58,998 nt of DNA from an uncultured Actinomycetes bacterium (GTDB lineage: Bacteria; Actinomycetota; Acidimicrobiia; IMCC26256; PALSA-555), in assembly GCA_903899845.1 (NCBI GenBank), contig CAIUKV010000138.1, positions 1 through 58,998 of the forward strand, given 5' to 3'. Below are positions 11,357 to 20,250 of this stretch, piece by piece; the first letter of the stretch is position 1, and each line of letters starts with the position of its first letter. The translations under genes were made by a program, and so were the position numbers. Below the pieces are notes generated by a model. It saw only the letters and a program-made list of their open reading frames with translations, had not been told where the DNA came from and did no database searches.

Positions 11357-12664
11357 ATGCGCACAGGGACGCAGACGAAGCGGGGCCTGGCCCTCGTGGT
11401 CGCGGTCGCCGCGGCGGTCTCGATGACGGGGCTGATCACGCCGGCCGGGGCCCAGTCGGGCAAGGTCCCCGGGGTGACCGCCAAGGAGATCAAGGTCGGT
11501 GCGGTGGTCGGCAAGACCAACCCGACCGGCGCTCCGTACGACCAGGTCGCCGAGGGCGCCGAGATGTACTTCGACTACGTCAACAAGAAGGGCGGCATCT
11601 TCGGCAAGAAGTACAAGATGGTCGCCGTCCTCGACGACCAGACCCGGGACTCGAAGAACCTGATCAACACCCGGTCGCTGGTGGAGGAGAAGGACGTCTT
11701 CGCGGTGATCATGGCCACCCAGACGTTCGCCGGGGCGCAGTACCTGGTCGACAAGGGCGTGCCCACGTTCGGGTGGACCATCCAGTCCGAGTGGGCCCTC
11801 GGACCGAACCTCTTCGGCGACAAGGGCTCGTGGCTGTGCTTCGGCGCCGGCTGTGTCAACTGGGCCCCGGTCTTCGTCGCCCAGAAGGAGGGGGCGAAGG
11901 CCGCAGCCTCGCTCGCGTACGGGTCCTCCCCGCAGTCGGCCGACTGCTCGAAGGCGATCGAGTCGACCTTCGCCCGGTACGGGCCCCCGAGCGTCCTCAA
12001 CGACCGGAGCCTCTCGTTCGGGTTCTCGGCCAATGACATCTCGGCCGGGGTCAAGGAGATCAAGGACCGCGGCGTCGGGTTCGTGGCCCCGTGCATGGAC
12101 CTCAACGGGGCGATCAACTTCAACAAGGCGCTCAAGCAGGCGGGCCTCCCCAACGTGAAGTGGTACGCCCCCGAGGGGTACCGCGAGGAGGTGCTCCAGC
12201 AGCTCGGCCCGGAGCTCGAGAACTTCACCTTCGCCGTGAGCTTCCTGCCGTTCGACCAGGCCCAGTACTCGCCGGGGATGAAGACCTTCATCGCCGAGGC
12301 GAAGAAGCGGAAGTACGCCCTGAGCGAGCACCTGCTGGTCGGGTGGCAGAACGCGATGCTCCTCAACGAGGGGATCAAGCTCTCGGGCAAGGACTTCACC
12401 CAGAAGTCGGTGATCGACCAGATCAACAAGATCAAGTCCTGGACCGCCGACGGCACCCGGGCCCCGATCGACTGGACCACCGCCCACGGGCCGACCCCGG
12501 CCAACGACACCGGGTGCAGCGCCTTCGTGCAGGTCAAGAACGGCAAGTTCGAGACCGTGTACGGCCAGCCGGGCAAGCCCTTCGTGTGCATCAAGGAGAA
12601 CCCCTGGCCGGCGTCGCTCACCGAGGTCACGTACCTCGCGCCCGGTGCGGCGGAGGTGAAGTGA
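11357..12664 (+). CDS. ABC transporter substrate-binding protein (branched-chain amino acid/LivJ-type)
   Basis: Signal peptide ending PAGA; PGVTAKEIKVG, VNKKGGIFG, LDDQ; precedes Liv-type permease and ATPases. Confidence 0.9.
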   Translation: MRTGTQTKRGLALVVAVAAAVSMTGLITPAGAQSGKVPGVTAKEIKVGAVVGKTNPTGAPYDQVAEGAEMYFDYVNKKGGIFGKKYKMVAVLDDQTRDSKNLINTRSLVEEKDVFAVIMATQTFAGAQYLVDKGVPTFGWTIQSEWALGPNLFGDKGSWLCFGAGCVNWAPVFVAQKEGAKAAASLAYGSSPQSADCSKAIESTFARYGPPSVLNDRSLSFGFSANDISAGVKEIKDRGVGFVAPCMDLNGAINFNKALKQAGLPNVKWYAPEGYREEVLQQLGPELENFTFAVSFLPFDQAQYSPGMKTFIAEAKKRKYALSEHLLVGWQNAMLLNEGIKLSGKDFTQKSVIDQINKIKSWTADGTRAPIDWTTAHGPTPANDTGCSAFVQVKNGKFETVYGQPGKPFVCIKENPWPASLTEVTYLAPGAAEVK

Positions 12665-12732
12665 CGCCTGGCCGTCGGGCGCCCCTCTCCGGAGGGGCGC
12701 CCCGGCCCGGCTCGGGCGCCTAGGCCGCGGCG

Positions 12733-15489
12733 ATGGCGTTCAGCGACTGGGTCCAGTACTTCATCGAGGGCTTCCCCGTCGGGTGCATCTACGGGCTCGT
12801 CGCGATCGGGCTCGTCCTCACCTACAAGACGTCGGGGGTGTTCAACCTCGCGTTCGGCGCGCAGGCGTTCATGTCGGCGGCGATCATGTACGAGATGGTC
12901 GAGGCCGGCCAGCCCCGCTGGCTGGCGCTCGTCGTCTCGGTGTTCCTGGTCGCCCCGTTGTTCGGGCTGCTGCTCGACCGGGCCCTGTTCCGCTACATGC
13001 GGAACTCGTCGTGGGTCGTGAAGCTGGTCTCGTCGCTCGGCCTGTTCGTCGCGCTGCCGGAGATCGTCAAGGCGGTGCTGACGGGGGTGAAGCCCCAGTT
13101 CAACCCACCGAGCGTCGCCGGGCTCATCGGCATGACCGACCTGGCCGGGTCCGACGGGGTGTTCCAGATCGGCGACTACGTCATCTCGGCCGATCGCATG
13201 ACCGTCGTGGTCGTGACGGTCGCCGCGGTCGCCGGGTTCGCGGTGCTGTTCCGCTACACCGCCCTGGGCCTGCAGATGCGGGCCATCGTGGAGAGCTTCC
13301 GCATGGTCGAGCTCGCCGGGGTCAACAGCGAGCGGGTCAGCATGGCCGCCTGGATGCTGTCGAGCTTCCTCGCCGGCCTCGCCGGGGTGCTCCTCGCCCC
13401 CGACATCGGATCGATCGACGCGATCCCGTACACCCTGCTGCTCGTGGCCGCGGTGTCGGCGGCGGCGTTCGGTCGGCTCACCAGCATCCCGCTCGCCCTG
13501 ATCGGCGCCGCCATCCTCGGGGTGGGGCAGCGGGCGATCATCGGCTTCAGCTACGAGTTCGACTGGCCCCAGAACATCCAGACCGGCGTGCGCCCGGCGC
13601 TCCCCTTCGTCGCGCTGTTCCTGCTGCTCATCCTGCTCCCCGCGTTCAAGGGCCGCCGCGACGTCACCGACCCGCTGTCGGGGGTGGATCCGCCCCCGCC
13701 GGCCATGGCCCACGAGTACAAGGACCGCTCGCTGGCCAAGGCGTCGCGCGTCGCCTTCTACGTCGTGATCGCGTTGTTCCTGGCCGCCGTGTGCTTCGGG
13801 ATGTCCGACGTCTGGGTGTTCCGGTTCACCGACGCGTTCGCGCTGGCGATCGCGTTTCTCTCGGTCACCGTCTTCACCGGCCTCGGGGGGCAGATCTCGC
13901 TCGGCCAGGCCGCCTTTGCCGGGATCGGGGGCTACGCCACGGCCAACCTCGCGACCGAGAACGGCGTCCCCGTCCTGCTCGCCCTGCTGATCGGCGTGGC
14001 GCTCGCCGTCCTCGTGGGGGCGCTGCTCGCCATTCCGGCCCTCCGCCTCGGGGGGATCTTCCTCACCCTGGCGACGCTGGCGTTCGCGCTCATGGCCCAG
14101 AACATCGTCTTCTCGAACGACGCCGTTGCGGGTGGCCCCAACGGCATGACGGTGCCCCGCCCCGGGTTCCTCGAGGGCACCGCGTTCCTCGGTCGCGACC
14201 AGCGCTACTTCCTGTTCGTGTTCGCCTGCTTCGCGGTGGTCGGCTTCCTGGTGATCTTCGTGCGGTCGGGGACCACCGGGCGCTACTTCGCCGCGTTGCG
14301 CGGCAGCGAGACCGCGGCGGCGTCGATCGGGATCAACGGCACCCGCCAGCGGGTGCTGCTCTTCGCCCTGTCGGCCGGCATCGCCGGGCTCGCGGGCGGG
14401 ATCTTCGCCATGAACTCGGGCGTGGTCGACTTCCAGACCCAGGAGTACCAGGCCCTGTTCGGCGTGGCCTGGGTCGTGCTCGTGGTGTCGCTCGGCAGCC
14501 GCACGGTCGACGGGGCGGTGAACGCCGCGATCAGCTTCGTGCTGTTCCAGTGGCTCCTGTCCGACTATCTCGGCATGGAGGCCACCATCGCCCTCATCGG
14601 TTTCGGGTTCGGTGCCATCACCTACGCCCGCCACCCCGAGGGCATCGTCGAGTTCCGGACCCGCACCAGCATCCTCGAGCGCCGCAAGGCGGCGCTGCTC
14701 AAGGTGCGCACCGCCGAGATGCTGGCCACCGGCCCGCTGCCGGCGGGCTACCTCCCGGGGGCCCGGGTCGTCCTCCCGGCCCTGGCCGGGCCGGTCGTCC
14801 TGGTGCTCGCGATCGTCGTCCGCCGCATCCTGGGCGGTCCCGACGGCGCACCGGTGTGGCTGATCGCGGTGTGCGTGGTGCCGAGCGTGGTGTTCGCCCT
14901 GGCCTGGATCGGATGGACGCACCGCCGCCTGGTCGCCCAGGGCGGATACCGCTGGGGCTGGTGGGTGCTCCTCGGCGGCGCCGCCGTCGGGTTGCTCGTG
15001 GGGTGGTACCTCACGGGGCCCGCCGCCGAGCCGGGTGCCTTCGGGCCCCCCGAGTCCTGGGTGTGGATCGACGCCCCCACCTGGCTGGGCGCGCTCCTCG
15101 GGGCCGTGTGCGGCTTCGGCGTCGCGGCGTTCTTCATGCTGCCGGTGCAGGTCGAGCAGGTGGCGCGGGTCCTCGACTTCCGCCTCCCGCCGGTCACCTG
15201 GCGGGCCGGCCGGGCCCCGACCATCTGGATCGTGCTCGGGACCTTCCTGTGCTACTGGGCGTCCGACGGCTGGGAGCCACCGTTCCTGTGGCCGCTGTAC
15301 CTGATGGCCCTGGTCGCGGCGATCGTGGTGAGCCAGTGGATGGGCCAGGTCCAGGGCGCGATCAACGAGCTGGTGATCGGCGAGGTCGACGTCGCGCCGG
15401 GGGTCCCCCTGGCCGAGGACGGCCTCCCCGAGGCCCTGCCCGAGCTGTCCGACGCCACGCCGGCGCCGTCCGGAGGTGCGCCGTCGTGA
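12733..15489 (+). CDS. Fused LivH-LivM ABC permease with extra C-terminal membrane domain
   Basis: LivH motifs (YGLVAIGLVLTYKTSGVFNLAFG), LivM motifs (GQISLGQAAF, LATLAF, GGPNG, PEGI), then ~270 aa of further hydrophobic helices. Confidence 0.88.
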   Translation: MAFSDWVQYFIEGFPVGCIYGLVAIGLVLTYKTSGVFNLAFGAQAFMSAAIMYEMVEAGQPRWLALVVSVFLVAPLFGLLLDRALFRYMRNSSWVVKLVSSLGLFVALPEIVKAVLTGVKPQFNPPSVAGLIGMTDLAGSDGVFQIGDYVISADRMTVVVVTVAAVAGFAVLFRYTALGLQMRAIVESFRMVELAGVNSERVSMAAWMLSSFLAGLAGVLLAPDIGSIDAIPYTLLLVAAVSAAAFGRLTSIPLALIGAAILGVGQRAIIGFSYEFDWPQNIQTGVRPALPFVALFLLLILLPAFKGRRDVTDPLSGVDPPPPAMAHEYKDRSLAKASRVAFYVVIALFLAAVCFGMSDVWVFRFTDAFALAIAFLSVTVFTGLGGQISLGQAAFAGIGGYATANLATENGVPVLLALLIGVALAVLVGALLAIPALRLGGIFLTLATLAFALMAQNIVFSNDAVAGGPNGMTVPRPGFLEGTAFLGRDQRYFLFVFACFAVVGFLVIFVRSGTTGRYFAALRGSETAAASIGINGTRQRVLLFALSAGIAGLAGGIFAMNSGVVDFQTQEYQALFGVAWVVLVVSLGSRTVDGAVNAAISFVLFQWLLSDYLGMEATIALIGFGFGAITYARHPEGIVEFRTRTSILERRKAALLKVRTAEMLATGPLPAGYLPGARVVLPALAGPVVLVLAIVVRRILGGPDGAPVWLIAVCVVPSVVFALAWIGWTHRRLVAQGGYRWGWWVLLGGAAVGLLVGWYLTGPAAEPGAFGPPESWVWIDAPTWLGALLGAVCGFGVAAFFMLPVQVEQVARVLDFRLPPVTWRAGRAPTIWIVLGTFLCYWASDGWEPPFLWPLYLMALVAAIVVSQWMGQVQGAINELVIGEVDVAPGVPLAEDGLPEALPELSDATPAPSGGAPS

Positions 15490-16295
15490 CCACCGCACCC
15501 ACCCCGACGCCGCCGTCCGACGCCACCGGCGCCCGTCCGCCCATCCTCGACGCCCGCGGCGTCACCAAGCGCTTCGCCGGGATCACCGCCCTCCACGGGG
15601 TCGACCTCCAGGTTGCCCCGGGCGAGTTCGTGGGCCTGATCGGTCCGAACGGCGCGGGCAAGACCACGTTCTTCAACTGCCTGCTCGGCATCCTGCGGCC
15701 CGAGGAGGGCACCGTCACCTTCGCCGGGCGCGACGTCACCGGCCTGCCCGTGTACCAGCGGGCCCGCATGGGCTTCGGCCGCACCTTCCAGCGCCTCGAG
15801 CTCTTCGCCGGCATGTCGGTGCGCGACCACTTCATCGTCGCCGACCGGGCCCACCGCAACGAGGGCCGGCTCTGGAAGGACCTGCTGAACCGGTCCAAGC
15901 CCACCGCCGAGGAGCGCGCCCGCGCCGACGCCATGCTCGACCTGCTCCGCCTCGGCGCCGAGGCGGACAAGCCGGCCGAGATGCTCAGCCTGGGCCGGGG
16001 GCGACTGGTCGAGCTGGGCCGGGCGCTGATGACCGAGCCCACGCTGCTGCTGCTCGACGAGCCGTCGTCGGGCCTCGACGTCCGCGAGACCGCGGCGTTC
16101 GCCGCCCGTCTGGCCAAGGTCCAGGAGGAGCACGAGTTCGCGGTGCTCCTGGTCGAGCACGACGTCGAGATGGTGCGCAGCCTGGTGAGCCGGCTCTACG
16201 TGCTCGACTTCGGCACGCTGATCGCGTCGGGCCCCACCGACGAGGTGTTCAGCGACGACGCCGTGCGCAAGGCCTACCTGGGGAGCAGCGAATGA
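15486..16295 (+). CDS. Liv-type ABC ATP-binding subunit (LivG-like)
   Basis: GPNGAGKTT, RTFQ, LLLDEPSSGL, VEHD, VRKAYLG; GTGA overlap with permease stop. Confidence 0.93.
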   Translation: MTTAPTPTPPSDATGARPPILDARGVTKRFAGITALHGVDLQVAPGEFVGLIGPNGAGKTTFFNCLLGILRPEEGTVTFAGRDVTGLPVYQRARMGFGRTFQRLELFAGMSVRDHFIVADRAHRNEGRLWKDLLNRSKPTAEERARADAMLDLLRLGAEADKPAEMLSLGRGRLVELGRALMTEPTLLLLDEPSSGLDVRETAAFAARLAKVQEEHEFAVLLVEHDVEMVRSLVSRLYVLDFGTLIASGPTDEVFSDDAVRKAYLGSSE

Positions 16296-17047
16296 CCGTC
16301 ACCGAGCCGTCGGCCGCCCCGGCCGCCGAGCCGCTGCTGCTCGAGCTGCGCGATGTGTACGCGGGCTACGGGCCGTTCCGGTCGCTGTTCGGGGTCGACC
16401 TGCAGATCCCGCCCCGCTCGGTGCTCGCCCTGCTCGGGGCCAACGGCTCGGGCAAGACCACCGTGGTCCGGGTGGCCTCGGGGCTGATCGTCCCGACTGC
16501 GGGGCACCTGTACTTCGACGGCACCGACGTCACCGGGCAGCGGGCCTACCGGCTCGCCCAGCAGGGGGTCGTCCACGCGCCCGAGGGCCGCTCCGTGTTC
16601 GCCTCGCTCACCGTCGAGGACAACCTCGTCCTGACCTTCCGCGAGGTGTTCGGGCGGCGGGGCACCAAGGCGAAGCTCGAGCAGGCCTACGAGCTGTTCC
16701 CCCGGATGGGGGAGCGCCGCCGCCAGTTGGCCGGCACCCTCTCGGGGGGCGAGCAGCGCATGCTCTCGCTGGCCCGGGTGCTGGTGCGGGGGCCGAAGCT
16801 CCTCATCACCGACGAGCTGTCGCTCGGCCTCGCCCCGGTGATCATCGACGAGGTCTACGAGACCCTCGGCACCATCCGGGACTCGGGCTGCTCGCTGATG
16901 ATCGTCGAGCAGCACGTCCACCAGGCCCTGACGCTCGCCGACCAGGTGGTGGTGCTGGCCAAGGGCCGCGTGGTCCTGAGCGGCACCCGTGAGGAGATGG
17001 GCGACCTCTCCGAGAAGCTGCTCCCGGCCGTCCACGGCGAGCTCTGA
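16292..17047 (+). CDS. Liv-type ABC ATP-binding subunit (LivF-like)
   Basis: GANGSGKTT, PEGRSVF, LSGGEQRM, DELSLGLAP, VEQ; ATGA overlap. Confidence 0.93.
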   Translation: MTVTEPSAAPAAEPLLLELRDVYAGYGPFRSLFGVDLQIPPRSVLALLGANGSGKTTVVRVASGLIVPTAGHLYFDGTDVTGQRAYRLAQQGVVHAPEGRSVFASLTVEDNLVLTFREVFGRRGTKAKLEQAYELFPRMGERRRQLAGTLSGGEQRMLSLARVLVRGPKLLITDELSLGLAPVIIDEVYETLGTIRDSGCSLMIVEQHVHQALTLADQVVVLAKGRVVLSGTREEMGDLSEKLLPAVHGEL

Positions 17048-17078
17048 GCGGCCCGCCCGCCGGTGCGGGCGTGGAAGC

Positions 17079-17567
17079 TCAGGGGCAGCGCCCGGCCAGG
17101 CTCGGGTCCTCGAGGGTCATCCGGGCGCAGAAGGTGGGGGTCGCGACCTTCCACGCCCCGGCTCGGCGGACGGCGCGGCCCGTGGGGAGCACGTCGGGGA
17201 GCACCACCCCCGCGAGCACGAGGTCGGCCTCCACCCGGGCCCGGTCCGGGCGGGGGCAGCGGACCCGGACCACGGTCACCGTGGTGCTGGCCGTGGCGGG
17301 GTCGGAGGCGGCGCGCTCGAGCAGGGCCCGGACCGCGGGCTCGTCGGCCCGGTCGAGGGCGCTCGCCCGCTGCTCGAGGGCGAGGCCCGAGGACCGGCCG
17401 AACACGTCGGCGTAGGCCTGGACGATCGCGGGGCGGGCCCCGACCGGGCAGCGCCCCGGCGCGGTGGCCCCGGACGCGATCGTGGCCGGCGCCCCGAGGG
17501 CACCGGCCACGATCCCGATCCCGATCCCGACGGCCGCCAGTGTGCGGGCGGCGGGACCGTGCCTCAA
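17079..17567 (-). CDS. Secreted hypothetical protein, Mtb12-like, paralog of the adjacent gene
   Basis: TTG start overlapping upstream TGA; signal peptide; C-terminal GRAVRRAGAWKVATPTFC; 4 Cys. Confidence 0.6.
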   Translation of the reverse strand: MRHGPAARTLAAVGIGIGIVAGALGAPATIASGATAPGRCPVGARPAIVQAYADVFGRSSGLALEQRASALDRADEPAVRALLERAASDPATASTTVTVVRVRCPRPDRARVEADLVLAGVVLPDVLPTGRAVRRAGAWKVATPTFCARMTLEDPSLAGRCP

Positions 17568-18097
17568 CTCGAGGCGGCCTTGATGCAGTCCGGGCCGACC
17601 GTCGGCGTGTTGGGGTTGCGGCCGATGAGGTCGCACACGGTGAGGGCGTCGATGAGCCACTTGCCCTTCACGAGGACGGCGTCACCGCTGAAGTTCAGGC
17701 CGGCCCCGGTGGCGGGCGGGCTGCTCACCGCGCTGGCGGGCTGGTTGAGGGCCAGGTCGTAGGTGAAGGTGGCTCCGGTCTTGCCGTCGCAGGTCGCCAC
17801 GACCTTGACCGGAACGGTGACGCCGGTGGACTGGCCGGAGGCCCGAGCCGCGTTGGTGCTGACCTCGACCGGCGCCAGGATCTTGGTGCCGTCCTTGACG
17901 TTGGCGACGCGCTCGGCGGCGGTCTGGCCGGCGAAGAACGGGATGAACGCCTTCTGGATGTTGACGTTGAGATTCTTGTCCGCCTTGCAGCTCGTGATCT
18001 TCGCCGTCTTCTTGGCGGCGAAGGCCGGCGAGGCGGCGGTGACGAGGCCGGTGCCGAGCGTGAGGCTCGCCACCAGCAGGATCGCGACGCGGCGCAT
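17564..18097 (-). CDS. Secreted hypothetical protein, Mtb12-like
   Basis: Signal peptide ending SPAFA; GDAVLVKGKWLIDALTVC; 4 Cys; strong GC3 codon bias. Confidence 0.75.
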   Translation of the reverse strand: MRRVAILLVASLTLGTGLVTAASPAFAAKKTAKITSCKADKNLNVNIQKAFIPFFAGQTAAERVANVKDGTKILAPVEVSTNAARASGQSTGVTVPVKVVATCDGKTGATFTYDLALNQPASAVSSPPATGAGLNFSGDAVLVKGKWLIDALTVCDLIGRNPNTPTVGPDCIKAASS

Positions 18098-18188
18098 GGA
18101 TTCCCCCTGGATGCAGTGGATGCTGACGCCGACACGCTAACACGGCCTCCTGTCCGGCGGGCGTCGCCCCGAGCCGGATCGGGCCGGA

Positions 18189-18827
18189 TCAGGCCGGATC
18201 AGGTGCGATCCCGCCGCAGATGCCGGCGTGGACGGCCGCGGCGACGGCCTCGAGCAGGGCGTCGGGGTCCGCCCGGGTGACCCCGGTGGCGGCGTAGTAG
18301 CAGGACCGCTCGACCAGCGCGACCAGGGCCACGGCGGCGATCCGGGGGTCGAGGTCGGGCGCGGCGGGGGCGATCCGGGTGGCGAGGCGGTCGGTGAAGG
18401 CCGCGGCGAGCGAACCCCCGAGCCGCCCCACCGCCGAGTCGGAGACCTCGGCCTCGGTCCAGGCCCGCAGCAGGGCGCCGTGCTCGGCGTAGAGCGCCTG
18501 GAAGCGGGCGAGCCAGGTCCGCACCGCGCGGCGGCCGTCGGGCCCAGGGTCGAGCGGGGGGAACTCGTCGGCCAGGGCGGTCATCGCGTCGGCCACCGTC
18601 CGGGCCAGGGTCTCGAACAGGTCCTCCTTGCCCGAGAAGTAGAGGTAGAAGTTGCCGTGGGAGGTCCGGGCCCGGGCCACGACGTCGTCGACCCGGGTGG
18701 CGTGGTAGCCCCGTTCGGCGAACACCGCGGCCCCGGCCTCGAGCAGGCGGGCGAGGGTGCGCCGGCCCCGGACGTTGAGCGCCCGACCCTGCACGGTCGG
18801 GGTCGGCACGGCGGCGGGGGTGGACAC
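18189..18827 (-). CDS. TetR/AcrR family transcriptional regulator
   Basis: HTH FAERGYHATRVDDVVARARTSHGNFYLYFSGKEDLF; TACGGT -10 7 nt before GTG 18827. Confidence 0.93.
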   Translation of the reverse strand: MSTPAAVPTPTVQGRALNVRGRRTLARLLEAGAAVFAERGYHATRVDDVVARARTSHGNFYLYFSGKEDLFETLARTVADAMTALADEFPPLDPGPDGRRAVRTWLARFQALYAEHGALLRAWTEAEVSDSAVGRLGGSLAAAFTDRLATRIAPAAPDLDPRIAAVALVALVERSCYYAATGVTRADPDALLEAVAAAVHAGICGGIAPDPA

Positions 18828-18866
18828 GGTCGGCACCGTAGTTCCGGTCCGGGCCCGGAGGGCGGG

Positions 18867-18880
18867 TGACGCCCGTGTCA
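18867..18880. promoter_or_regulatory. Candidate TetR operator TGAC-N6-GTCA between divergent tetR and maoC
   Basis: TGACGCCCGTGTCA; same spacing as the perfect palindrome at 34288-34303. Confidence 0.5.
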
Positions 18881-18913
18881 TCTTCGTCGGGGTTCGCGAT
18901 ACGCTCCCGCCCC

Positions 18914-19333
18914 ATGACCACACCTGCCTACGACGACATCGCCGTCGGCGACGAGGCCCCCGCCCTCGTCGTCGAGAAGCTGAGCCGCACGAACTTCGTG
19001 CGCTACGCCGGCGCCTCCGGGGACTTCAACCCGATGCACCACGACGACACCATCGCCACCTCGGTGGGGAACCCCTCGGTGTTCGGCCACGGCATGCTCA
19101 CCGCCGGCCTGATGGCCCGGGTGGTCAAGGACTGGTTCGGGCCCGAGGCCTTCCGCCGCTACCAGGTGCGGTTCTCGAAGCAGGTCTGGCCGGGCGACAC
19201 CCTCACCTTCACGGCGGTGGTGACGGGCAAGCGTGAGGAGAGCGGCGAGCGGCTGGTCGACCTCGAGTGCAAGGCCACCAACCAGGACGGCGTCGAGGTG
19301 CTCGTGGGCGCGGCGACCGCGGCGGTCGCCTGA
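18914..19333 (+). CDS. MaoC-family (R)-hydratase/dehydratase
   Basis: YAGASGDFNPMHHD hydratase-2 motif, HGM, VRFSKQVWPGD. Confidence 0.92.
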   Translation: MTTPAYDDIAVGDEAPALVVEKLSRTNFVRYAGASGDFNPMHHDDTIATSVGNPSVFGHGMLTAGLMARVVKDWFGPEAFRRYQVRFSKQVWPGDTLTFTAVVTGKREESGERLVDLECKATNQDGVEVLVGAATAAVA

Positions 19334-20232
19334 TGGGCCTGCTCGACGGCCGCGTCGCCGTCGTCACCGGCTCGGGCCGGGGCATCGGCCGCGAGTTCGC
19401 GCTGTGCATGGCCGCCGAAGGGGCCAAGGTCGTCGTCAACGACGTCGGGGTCAGCCTCGACGGGCGCGGCACCGAGGAGGACCCGGCGGCGAGCGTGTGC
19501 CGCGAGATCGAGGCGCACGGTGGCCAGGCCGTGCCGAACTACGACTCGGTCACCGACTTCGCCGGCGCCGAGCGCATCGTGCAGACCGCGGTCGACGCGT
19601 TCGGCACCATCGACATCCTGGTCAACAACGCCGGCATCGTGCGCGACCGCACGCTCGTGAAGATGGACGAGCAGGACTTCGACGCCGTCATCGCGGTGCA
19701 CCTCAAGGGCTCGTTCAACTGCACGCGCCACGCGGCGCCGATCATGAAGGACCAGGGCTACGGCCGGATCATCAACATCACCTCCTCGGCCGGCCTGCGC
19801 GGCAACTTCGGTCAGACGAACTACGGCGCGGCCAAGGCGGGCCTGATGGGGATGACCTTCGTCTGGGCGCTCGAGCTCGGCCGCTACGGCATCACCGTCA
19901 ACGCGGTGGCACCGGCCGGGGCGACCCGGATGACGGCGGCGCTGTTCGAGCGGTCGGGTGCCGAGCCGCCGCCCCAGCAGAACCCGGCGCTCAACGCCCC
20001 GCTCATCGCCTTCCTCGCCTCGGAGCGGGCCGGGCACGTGAACGGCCAGATCCTCGGCCGCAGCGACTACGCGTTCACGCTGTTCCAGCACCCCAAGCAG
20101 ATCGCGTTCATGTGGCAGGAGGGCGGGTTCACCCCCCAGGAGCTCGCCGACAACTTCGACGTGATCCTGGGCCAGCACCTCCAGCAGGTCGGCATGGTGA
20201 TGCCGGGCGGCATGGAGCGCCCGGGCGGCTGA
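19333..20232 (+). CDS. SDR oxidoreductase (MFE-2/HSD17B4 dehydrogenase-like)
   Basis: TGSGRGIG, VVVNDVG, NNAGIVRD, GNFGQTNYGAAK. Confidence 0.92.
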   Translation: MGLLDGRVAVVTGSGRGIGREFALCMAAEGAKVVVNDVGVSLDGRGTEEDPAASVCREIEAHGGQAVPNYDSVTDFAGAERIVQTAVDAFGTIDILVNNAGIVRDRTLVKMDEQDFDAVIAVHLKGSFNCTRHAAPIMKDQGYGRIINITSSAGLRGNFGQTNYGAAKAGLMGMTFVWALELGRYGITVNAVAPAGATRMTAALFERSGAEPPPQQNPALNAPLIAFLASERAGHVNGQILGRSDYAFTLFQHPKQIAFMWQEGGFTPQELADNFDVILGQHLQQVGMVMPGGMERPGG

Positions 20233-20250
20233 GCCCGGTCGGCGACGCCC

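Noticed and set aside
12783-16295. Apparent giant fusions in the ORF track (1170 aa here; also 2199-4361, 8691-11222, 49242-51719)
   Set aside because: Only the C-terminal part has motifs; real starts overlap or closely follow upstream stops; N-terminal parts are R/P/G-rich off-frame translation
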